Position numbers and translations under genes: made by a program
Shown here: in pieces, positions 53,333 to 64,000 of the stretch
How the letters are laid out: each line of letters starts with the position of its first letter
Position numbering within the stretch: position 1 is the stretch's first letter
Notes under the pieces: model-generated
What the model saw: only the letters and a program-made list of their open reading frames with translations
Told to the model about the DNA's origin: nothing
Databases searched by the model: none
Source of the DNA: Octopus vulgaris
Taxonomy: Eukaryota
Direction of reading: 5' to 3'
Assembly (NCBI GenBank): GCA_951406725.2
Contig: OX597817.1
Coordinates: forward strand, 133,672,001 to 133,736,000
DNA: 64,000 nucleotides

Positions 53333-54753
53333 ATGTTTGTGCATGTATATATGTATGTGTGTGTTTTGTTTATATCTTATATATGTATATGTGTGTATGT
53401 GTTTATGTATATCTGTGTGAAGTTGTTGTGAGATCAAATCACAAAACAGTCAGTTCTTGTAAACATGATGGTACTAAATAGAAACTATTTTAAATATGAA
53501 ATATAGTAGACCTATGCAATATAGTAGGCTATGACAGCGCTGTAAAGACGTGTTTCATAAAGATATTGGGGATTTTGACTATAATACTGATGATGATATT
53601 GATGAGAGATAAATTCATTTGAACAGTTTCTATCTATGTTCCCACTCTAAGGGGTCTTATGTAATATGGCTGGCCGTGTATAGACTATGTGAACAAAGTT
53701 TTCCGAAACATTAACACACACAAACTTCACTTAATCCCTGATATTATTTGTTTTCTTTATTACAAATAAAGTTATTATATATATGGAACCCTTCTTCCAC
53801 TTACTTTGTCCTATATTATGGATAAGGTTTTTTTAAAATTTTTGGCCTCTAATTTATGTCTCAGTTTGGCTCACAGGGCCATATAAATTTGACAACCTTG
53901 TCATAGATGATGATGATGCCAGTGGGTGACCTATTTCAAATATTATTCAATATAACATTTTTTTCTTCAATGTTTCAAATTAAATGTGCAGTGATTTATT
54001 ATCACACAACTCACTTCATTTTGACATCTCAGTTGATAATACCAGCCAGCATAGTCATCTGGTTAAGCATGTCCACTTCATAACCACATGGTTCCTAGTT
54101 CAATCTCTCTGACCATCATTTTGTGTCATTGTTTTCTACTCTAGCCTAGAGTTAAGCAATACTTTTTGAGTCGAATTCGACTGGTGGAAAATAAGTAGAG
54201 GGCCATCTTGTGTGTGTTTGTGTGAGCATCTATTTATTTTGTGTCTCTTTAGTCCTGTCATGAAGCAATTCAAACAGAGATTGATAAAATAAGTGTGAGA
54301 TAGAAATACCTACTCCAGCTATGATTGACTAAATCTTTGAAGACAGGTCTTTGGCACTGCCATAGTCCATTAACAAACTAATAAAAGGATAATAAGGAAA
54401 ACAATGGCACATATCCATGCAAAAGGAAGAACCAGTTTCACAGTGATTCACAACTATGTAATAGAAGAGGCTAACAACTGTGGTATTGACAAAAATTATA
54501 AATTCCAATGCTAGTATGACATCAATTCAACAAGATTGTGAGATTGCAAGACTGTGTTGCTTAGCTTCATCTGAGTATGATGTTTGTTAGGTTACTATTA
54601 TATTTAGATCTATTTCTAACTGCCTACCTAACCATCTGTTCTAAATCTATTTTACATTTTCTGCACTATTTATAAACAGAGTAAGCATATGGCATTTATT
54701 TCATAAGTTTTCCTTGTTATAACGTGTTCAGCAGAAGGTCACACAATGTGAGT

Positions 54754-54788
<35 letters not shown>

Positions 54789-54945
54789 TATTTATCCATC
54801 TGTCTATACACATACATTTACATGCACATATATACAAACATATTTACATGAATTCATATATGCATATATATAAATAGATAGATAGGCACACATACACACA
54901 CATATATGTATCACATACATATACACACACACACATATATCACAT

Positions 54946-54997
<52 letters not shown>

Positions 54998-55344
54998 CAC
55001 TATTTGCCCAAGGTCTCACTGTGTGGCCTTGACCAAAATTTTGTGATTGGAATCGATGGACAAAAACTGAAAGGCGCCTGTCATATAAGTGCGTATTTAT
55101 ATGTACGTATATTTGGACGTGTGTGTCTGTGGGAAGACACGTGCCGTGCTTGTGTGTGTGTGTGTGTACACTGCAATTTAAAAGTTGTAATATATGTTAG
55201 AAATATATTTTCCAAAGTGCAAACATTGTCTGATATAGAATTCCCTATGCTGGTTGAAGATGATAGTTTTTTTATTATATCAAAAAGTCACCAGGTTACT
55301 CTGAGTTTCACCCTGGACTAAGCTGTATATGATGTTACTGTTGG

Positions 55345-55377
<33 letters not shown>

Positions 55378-55762
55378 CAATCTATGGCAGATAATAAAAT
55401 GATATATCGATGACCGAAACTGATGGTCTGTTTAAATTCTTCAAATGTCTTGGAACTTTAGAAGATATCTTCTTTTCATTCACATGGTGTAAGAAATCCT
55501 ACAACTGTTGGTAGTGTATCATCATCATCAGCAGCACCACCACCATTACAAGCACAATAATCAACAACTACTACAACAAGAACCAGAAGAACAGTGCTAG
55601 CTTACATGTAGGTCTTTTAGCAGTCTAAGTAAAGAGAATTCATAGAACTTGAGTTATTTTTATACATACTGGATAGAATTTTCCAGAAATAATCTCACAA
55701 GGCTAATGATATTTGTTTTTTGTTTTTCTTTCTGTATTCTAAATTTTTTTTCATTTTGTCCT

Positions 55763-56030
55763 ACCACCATCATCATCAACACCACCGTCATCATTGTCAC
55801 CATCATCATCATCATTATCATCATCATCATCATTGTTGTCATCATCATTGTCATCACCATCATCATTACCATCACCACTGTTAGCACCTCCTTCATCCCT
55901 ATCATTCTCATCATCATTATTACTGCATGATCACCATCATCACCACATCATTGTCATCATCGTTTCCCCCACAATCATCATCATCATTGTCATCGTTACC
56001 ATCTTGATCATCATCATCATCAACATCATC
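55763..56030. repeat. Degenerate (CAT)n tract
   Basis: Visible directly. Confidence 0.9.
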
Positions 56031-56412
56031 ATAAACGTTACCTTCAACATTATCGTTAAAATGATGGTAGAGTAACTTAAAGCATGGAACACCTGACAAA
56101 ATATCTAAGTGTATTCAGTTGTTCTCCTTCTTGCTCCACCCTTCGCTTTGAAATCAGATCCCATTAAGCCAGGGTCAACACCATGAGTGTCAGTTATGTA
56201 CTGGGGTCAATTCAGTTTAGATGTTTCAGTATGAGAAACCCTTATTTATTATCACTCTAGGGACGTTTTACATTTTGAGTTCAAATCCTGTTGAGGTTTA
56301 CTTCACCTTTCATCATTACAAAGTCTTTAAACTAAAGTACCAGTCATTTACTCTGGACTGATATAATCAAGTGTTCCTTTCCTCCAAATTTCTAGTCTTG
56401 TGGTAAAAAGTA

Positions 56413-56655
56413 CTGGTGCTAGTGCCACTTAGAGAAGCTCTGGTGCTGCCACCACTTAAGGAAGCTCTAGTGTTAGTGCCACTTAAAGAAGCTCTGGTGC
56501 TGGTACCACTTAAAAAAGCTCTGGTGCTAGTGCCACTTAAAGAAGCTCTAGTGTTAGTGCCACTTAGAGAAGCTCTGGTGCTGCCGCCACTTAAGGAGAC
56601 TCTGGTGTTAGTGCCACTTAGAGAAGCTCTGGTGTTGGCACCACTTAAAGAAGTT
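56413..56655. repeat. 27-bp minisatellite, 9 units
   Basis: Consensus CTGGTGCTAGTGCCACTTA(A/G)AGAAGCT with no indels; translates as (LVLVPLKEA)n. Confidence 0.95.
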
Positions 56656-56689
56656 TACTTTAGAAGCGTTGAGATGTATTGAAAGATAC

Positions 56690-56937
56690 AGATAAGGAAG
56701 TAATTTTATTCTCAAATGCAGGATAATGCTAATAAAATAGCATGAACAGGATAAACTATCCATATTTTGTAGAAGAATCTGTCTGCAGCCAGCCATGAGA
56801 CTTGAACTCACATCCCTGTGATTACTCGTGAAGTCTGGCCGCGGACAGATTTTTCTGCAAAATATGGATAGTTTATCCTGTTCATGCTATTTTATTAGCA
56901 TTATCCTGCTTTTAAAAATAAAATTATTTCTTTATCT
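56690..56937. repeat. Long inverted repeat: 103-bp arms, 42-nt spacer
   Basis: 56690-56792 is the reverse complement of 56835-56937 with 9 mismatches by eye and no gaps. Confidence 0.93.
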
Positions 56938-56960
56938 CTCTCTCTATATATATATATATA

Positions 56961-57349
56961 CTCTCTTTTACTCTTTTACTTGTTTCAGTCATTTGACTGC
57001 GGCCATGCTGGAGCACCGCCTTTAGTCGAGCAAATCGACCCCAGGACTTATTCTTTGTAAGCCTAGTACTTATTCTATTGGTCTCTTTTGCTGAACCGCT
57101 AAGTTATGGGGGCATGAACACACCAGCATCAGTTGTCAAGCAATGTTGGGAGGACAAACACACACACATATATATATACATATATACAACAGGCTTCTTT
57201 CAGTTTCCGTCTACCAAATCCACTCACAATGTTTTGGTTAGCCTGAGGCTATAGTAGAAGACACTTGCCCAAAGTGCCACGCAGTGGGACTGAACCCGAA
57301 CCATGTGGTTCGGTAAGCAAGCTACTTACCACACAGCCACTCCTGCGTC
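56961..57349 (-). mobile_element. Full-length, CpG-retaining SINE family B copy
   Basis: Head GCGCAGGAGTGGCTGTGTGG-like, B box GGGTTCAGTCCC, tail (GTAAAAGA)n. Confidence 0.9.
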
Positions 57350-57420
57350 TATATATATATATGTATGTATGTATGTATGTATATTGATGGACCACTAAAT
57401 TCACAAGTTCTTTTTTTATT

Positions 57421-57575
57421 CTCTCTCTGTTTATTTTATCGTTTTCTTTTCTGTTGAAGAGCGTAGGCTTGAAACATAAAAGATTTTCTCACCTTCCCAA
57501 GTGTCAAACTAATACACCTGTTTGTTGTTTATGCACCTGTCTTTGTCTTTTGTTTTTCTGTAAATTTCAACTATA
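57421..57575 (+). mobile_element. Penelope-type terminal-repeat remnant with minimal hammerhead-like motif
   Basis: CTGTTGA-A-GAGC-gtag-GCTT-GAAA-CATA at 57451-57478. Confidence 0.5.
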
Positions 57576-60018
57576 TATATTTTTTTTTTGTTTTTCACAA
57601 TTACAGCCAACAAATCTAGTCAATGCACAAGACAGCCATTATGCTCCCCCCCCCACAAAACACCACCACGTGTACTCTGTTGACACCAGTAAGAAACAAT
57701 TATGAACTTTTTTATTACACTTAATTTTTTAAAATATTTTTGATAAGGTTCATTTTTTCAAGAAGAACCGAAACATGTAAAATTAAAATTAAAATTAATC
57801 TTTTATAGTGGTGTTTTCAAACTTCTTTTTTATAAATATATACTCACTCGTATGCCACCTACATTTATTATAAATATATGTATGTATGTATGTATATATA
57901 TATAAATACATGCATACACACATCTTTATACATATATATATATATCATCATCATCATTTGATATCTGTTTTCCATGTTAGCATGGGTTGAACAGTTTGAG
58001 AGAAGCTGGCCAGCTGGGGAATCTGTCCAGATTTCAGGAGACAAACACTGATGCTCCATGTGATAGGCTTGATAATCATTGAGGTATTCCATAACATGAA
58101 ACTAATGGCAGCCTACACAAATAAAGAATCTTTATCCACCAGTGTGGTGTTGAGCGTTCATTCTCATTGTTTGACACTTACATATATATAATATCCAATT
58201 TTCTATGCTTGCATGAGTTAGATAAGATTGATGGACCAGATCTTCTATGCTCAGATGCTCTTCTTGTCAGCAACCCTTACTTGCTCCAAAGAAGCAAATT
58301 AAAATATCTCCTACTCCTTCAGGTGTATGCAAAAGTGATAAAGAAGAGGGAAAGACTGTAGCATGCGGCAAGATATTGTACTGCAAAAGACCTGTCCAAC
58401 CCATGTCAACATAAAGGAGAAAAAAGAAAAAATATATATATTATATATATATGAAAATGATGATGATTACAATGACTATGACACTTATTAGTCCAACGGA
58501 CATTAAATGCTGATGATGATGATGATTCAAATTGACAATGTAAAAGTATTCTGTTATAAAAGAATAAATTACCCCCAATCTATTTCCAAATGCCTTGAGA
58601 AAACCAGCATAAGGTGTGTTTGTTGTTCGCGATAGTATCTTATGGGAATCTGTTGTACAACCTTTACCAACTTGAAAAAACAGACATCAAATTGAGAATT
58701 GTTATCATTATCATCATCATCTTCATTATTATTGAATGTAAATATGTTTCTTTATGAGATGTATAGTGTTGTTTATTAGAAAGAAAAGAAAGAAAATGCT
58801 ACCAGTTTTTCCCATTATCACATTTTAAAGATAAGGAACTGGCAAGTAGTTAGGGCAGAGGGTTTGGTTAGAGAAGTTTTCCTTTGTTAAGAAAATTAAA
58901 ATTTATTTCACCAGCCAACCAACCAGTCTAAGCGTACAACCACCACCCACTGGCAGGTAAAGCAGGTAAAATGGCTGTTTCTTCTACTACAATGAAGAAG
59001 ATGTTAGAAGTCAATTTTAACAATAAGTGATAGCAATAGCTGCAAAAATAACAGCAGTAATTGCTGTGACAGTTTGAATGATGGCTTTGTTGATGACCAA
59101 AATTTGTTGAAAGAACAGAAAGAAATTGCAATATTAGTGATAATGATAGTAGTAGTAATAGTAGTCACAGTGGTGGTTGTAGTAGCAGCAGTAGCCGCAA
59201 TAATGTTAACATTTGCAGTAGTAGTAGCTGCATTAGTAACAGCAACATTAGTGAAACTGAAGCAAGAAAAGACCACTCTGTGCTGTGTTCAGACGTGAAA
59301 CAATTAAGAAAAGAGAGAAGATCTGAAAATAGAGAAGGTGAAATGTTTTTAGAATATATATATATATGTGGTATCACCATGGAAATGTATGAAGCATCTT
59401 AGGAGCTCTTATATAGTTGGTCAAATTGCTAGAAATAGCAGTCAGATCTCCTACAAATTACTCACTGCCATCTCAAAATGAAAAGAAATGGCAAATAATG
59501 TTCTCAGTACTCTATATCTGAATAAAAACAGGATGGTCATGACTGGAATGTCTTTCAGCATAAAGTCTTCTCACTCAACATGTCTCTGAAATTATTCTTA
59601 ATCAAACTATTCTAATGATTTATGTTTAGCTTCTAGTTTTCACATTTATTCACTCGCCCCTGACAGACAATAAAAATATAGAAGAGGTGACTGTTTAATA
59701 AGATAACTAAGCAAAACTCTGAGTAATGTGAGCAGTTGGAAACATTGAGGAGCTTCAATGTTATGAACATTAGACACCGTGTTTTACTCTGTTTTTTTTT
59801 TTTGTTTTTATTGCATCTAAGTTGCAACCAGTAAACTATCATGTAAATAAGAAATATGTGCCCCACTCCTCATATAAGCAACAGAGTCTATTCCTTTTAA
59901 GTCAGTCAGGCCATGATTAAAAATTTAAGAGAGGTTACTGACTTTACAAGGGAATAACTGTACAATGACTGAGATCCCTGAGATGTGGCAGCTTGTTTTA
60001 TGTTAGACTGTAGCATTG

Positions 60019-60296
60019 TGGATATTACTATGGACGTCATGGATGTACTTGATATTAACATGGAGATCCTGGATATAAGCATGCTTATCTTGGATATTAA
60101 CATGAATATTCAAGACATTAACATGGAGAAGTTAGATACTAACAATGATTTCTTGGATATTAACTTGGAGATTCTGGTTTTTAACATGGATATTTTAGAT
60201 ATTGGCAGAGTTATACTGGATATTAACAGGGAAATCATGGATATTAATATGGATTCTTGGATAATAAGATGGAAATCCTGGATATTATCATGGACA
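60019..60296. repeat. Degenerate 21-bp minisatellite, about 13 units
   Basis: Consensus TGGATATTAACATGGAGATCC; translates as (DINMEIL)n until a 1-nt deletion near 60255. Confidence 0.9.
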
Positions 60297-61202
60297 AGTA
60301 GTAAGATATTCTACTAGAAAAATACTACCCCATCCATGCCAGCTTGGTGAAATGGCTATATGATAATGAATTTGAATAGCAATAATTTAATGGCTCAGGC
60401 TGCTGGTAAAAATCCCTACTAATCTTATTTACCTATTGCTATGGGTTAGCATGTACCTTTGCTTGAAGGTATTTAACAGGCCAGAAATCAACAATGTCCA
60501 TATATACAGAAATTTAATTTGGCATTAGGAAGGGCATCCAGCTGTAGATACTATGTAGAGCTTGGCACAGTCTTCTGATTTGCCAGCTTCTGTCAAATGA
60601 TCCAAACCATGCCAGCATGGAGATGTTAAGTGATGGTGATGGTGCAGGTAACATTGTTACTGAGTTAGATGATGTGGTTCTGGTGAATTTCAACTGTAAA
60701 CCAAAGGAATTGAGGTCACAGTATTCACTTTTTCCTTTCACATCCTTCTCAGCCTAATGATTAAATTCGAGAAACCATCAATGCTCAGTTACATGAGGAA
60801 TGAATTTAAAAGAGAAAAGAATGCTAGAGAGAGAAGAGTCTTAATGACCAGTTAATATTAACACAGAAGTAATGAAGAAGCCACTATATGGTTGCTTGAT
60901 CTGAAATTTTATCCCCCACCCATTCTTAGATGAGGGGAATGAAAACAGTTGATAATATGCTTAAAAGGCAGGATGGTCATCTTTTATCTTTTACTTCTTT
61001 CAGTCATTTGACTGCAGCCATGCTGGGGCACTGCCTTGAAGAATTCTTACTTGAATGAATTGACCCCAATGCTTACTTTTCAGAGGGTTAGCATCTAACA
61101 TCAATTGGTATATCCTTATTTTCTCTTTTTTCTCTTTCTTTTCTTTTCTTTCTTCTTTATTTTTCCACTCTGATGAAGTTCCACTATTTAAGTTGGTATA
61201 AT

Positions 61203-61375
61203 TCATCATCATCATCATCGCTTAACGTCCTCTTTCGATGCTAACATGGGTTGGACAATTTGACTGAGGCCTGGTGAGCCAGATGGCTGCACCAGGCTCC
61301 AGTCTGATCTGGCAGTGTTTCTACAGCTGGATGCCCTTCCTAACACCAACCACTCCGAGAGTGTAGTGGGTGCTT
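61203..61375 (-). mobile_element. SINE family C, 5'-truncated
   Basis: Near-identical to 63027-63195; interrupts a hammerhead-like element. Confidence 0.85.
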
Positions 61376-61692
61376 ATTAACAGTGGTAATTATTATTATT
61401 GTAATAATTAAGCCTGAATATGCCCAAAATAACTCGAACTGAAACAGCTGTTAGATGAGATATTGTCTTTTTTTGTAATCAATAAATAATAATTGATGCT
61501 TATCAATTATCAATTTTATCTCTATTTTCTTATTTTCCCTTAAATATAGATAGACTTCAGTTTATTCCTTTCCTTACCTATCATTTATGAGCGTTCATAC
61601 TAGTGCTCATAATCACACATAGGTAATACACCAGTAATTCATTGGATATAAATATCCCTTAGATGGTTTTTATAACCTCTAACTTAACTCAC

Positions 61693-61725
<33 letters not shown>

Positions 61726-63026
61726 CATATATAGCACTCCGTCCAACCCATGCTAGCATGGAAAGCGGACGTTAAACGATGATGATGATAGCACACGCAC
61801 ACATACATATATGTGTGTGTGTAATGGTCTTCTCTCAGTTTCTGTCAATGAAATTCACTCACAAGGCTTTTTTATTTCAAGGCTATAGTAGAAGACACTT
61901 GCCCAAGATGCCATGTAGTGGGACTGAACTCGGAACCATGTGTATGGAAAGCAAGCTTCTTAGCACACAGCCACACCTGTGCCTATAAGGAATGCTTTTA
62001 GTTATATGTCTTTCGATAAAAGTTGATCTGAGGCTAAGTATGAACAAAAACAACAACCCCATGTGAACCATCCTGGTAACAAAAGGACTGTTGATAGCTT
62101 TTGTTACTTGTTTATTATTAACTCCTGGTAAATATAGAAAATGAAACATCTTCTAGCAACTGCCATACTGCCAGGTAAATATGAAGATATTTTAGCAGCA
62201 AAAATTGCTGTTGTATTTTTAACATGTCATTATTGTTTTAATTTTAACCTCCACATCTTCAAAGTCATGTGAAATAATTGGTATTAATAGTAGTAGTAGA
62301 GCAACGGGTTGGTTAAAAATAGCAAAGCATCAGACTAAATGTCTTAAAGTATTTTGGTTTCATCCATCTGAGTTCTACAGATCATATCCAAAAACAAAAA
62401 GGCTCTCTGGCAAATTGGATAAGATTCATTCACTGAAACATGCCCAACCTCTATCCACAGTTGTCAGAAAAATGTATCCTCATTCTGCTCATTCAACTGA
62501 TACTGCAATGGCCTCTGTTCCTTGCAGCTAGTTATTTTCAGGCCACATCTGCCTAAATCACTCCCTCTTGCTGGGTCACCTCCTCCTATGAACCTAGTCT
62601 TTGTACTACTAACTAACTTTTCTGAATCCTTCTCTCCCAAGATATCAACTGTCTGGAAATTGTCATCCCATGCTTTTTTTGACACATGTGTTAACATGTA
62701 GCTGCTCGAACTAAGCATCATATGTTTCAGAGTACCTGTGAAGGCTATAGGTACAGTACCCTCTTTACAATCAACCCCACCTCAACCCCACCCCCACCCC
62801 CAAATCAAATCCTGTTTTAGTTCAACATTGCTTTCCATTCAAAATGTATGCCATTTCATATACAGCATGTGTGTGTGGGTGTGCATATACATGCTTGGCT
62901 GTACCTAACCACATGGTTTCAGGTTTAGTCCCACTTGTGTTGCATCTTGTGCAAGTGTTTCTTCTACAGCCCATGGCTGACCAAAGCCTTGCGAGTAGAT
63001 TTAGTAGATGGAAACTGAAAGAAGCC

Positions 63027-63457
63027 TCATCATCGTTTAACGTCCGCTTTTCATACTAGTATGGGTTGGACGATTTTGACTGAGGGCTGGTGAACCAGAT
63101 GGCTGCACCAGGCTCCAATCTTGATCTGGCAGAGTTTCTACAGCTGGATGCCCTTCCTAACGCCAACCACTCCAAGAGTGTAGTGGGTGCTTTTTACATG
63201 CCACTGGCACGGGGTCCAGTCAGGTGGTACTGGCAATGACCTCGCTTGAATCTTTTTACACATGCCACTGGCACAGGTGCCAGTGAGGTGACGTTGGTAA
63301 CGATCACGCTTGAATGGTGCCTTTTATGTGCCACCGGCATGGAAGCCTGTTGGTTGCTCTGGCAACAATCTCACTTGGATGGTGCCCTTGGCACCCTATT
63401 AGCATGGGTACAAGTGCCAGTAAGGCAACGCTGGTGCACAAGTGCTAGTAAGGTGAC
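63027..63457 (-). mobile_element. SINE family C with internal tandem units
   Basis: TGCCAC(T/C)GGCA units repeated 3-4 times; follows a family B head at about 62890-63026. Confidence 0.85.
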
Positions 63458-63495
<38 letters not shown>

Positions 63496-63812
63496 GTTTA
63501 TGTATTTGTTTTGCAAATCGTGTGTCAAAACAGATATTGTTGTATTTCAGGATGGTTATTTTTTGCTTTTTTATGCCAGACTAAACAGAAAAGGAGGAGA
63601 CACATGGGATAGAAAGTGATGGAAGAGGTCACAGGATGTGTGACAAAAGATTTCAGGCAAAGGACACTAAACCAAGAACAATAATAAAACTGAAGTGGGG
63701 AACAACTATATAGTGTGTTGTGTTTATTTAGCAAGAAAAATAATGACCATATATAACAAACATACTGTACCTATTGTTTCTTATATGTATTAACCCTCCC
63801 TACAACTTAGAC

Positions 63813-63935
63813 CCTCTGAAGAAGCCTAGAGGCACATTGATCATCCAAACTTCATCTGCCTGTCCCTACAGAACACTGAGGAGATGGAGATGGCATGGAG
63901 GATTTTGTTGCCTCTTGGCAGAAACGGCCGTAAGG
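63813..63935 (+). ncRNA. Type I hammerhead ribozyme-like motif with extended stem II (Penelope-type)
   Basis: CCT-CTGAAGA-A-GCCTAGAGGCA...TGCCTCTTGGC-A-GAAA-C-GGCC-G-TA-AGG: intact core, 10 of 11 pairs at the base of stem II, palindromic stem III loop. Confidence 0.7.
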
Positions 63936-64000
63936 AACTTAGTACCTTCTGACAATCTGATCTTTTGCTCCTTTCTGTAATATTAGTACATGTGTGTGTG

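Noticed and set aside
56413-56655. CRISPR array or leucine-rich protein exon
   Set aside because: Pure tandem repeat with no spacers; no splice sites or ATG; the unit resembles a SINE motif.
59985-60317. Reflectin gene
   Set aside because: Only the heptad spacing is similar; the PERWMDMS-type motif and Y/R/G/W composition are absent.

Overview
AT-rich eukaryotic DNA with no confidently identifiable protein-coding gene. The SINE families and the very high TA/CA/TAA/GAT microsatellite load point to a coleoid cephalopod, most likely an Octopus intron or intergenic region (recognised from memory, not by search). Nearly all ORF-track entries are microsatellite or SINE translations. Supported content: several tRNA-derived SINE families (three copies with visible target-site duplications), a non-autonomous Helitron, hAT, Tigger-like and piggyBac-like MITEs, three R4/Dong-type endonuclease remnants in (TAA)n tracts, an RTE LINE 3' end, two minisatellites and two fold-back inverted repeats. 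The most interesting signal is six hammerhead-ribozyme-like modules of the Penelope type. One is nearly intact with a greatly extended stem II (63813-63935) and one is fused to a tRNA-derived SINE head (23699-23936). No CRISPR array or prokaryotic system is present. All alignments and translations were done by eye.
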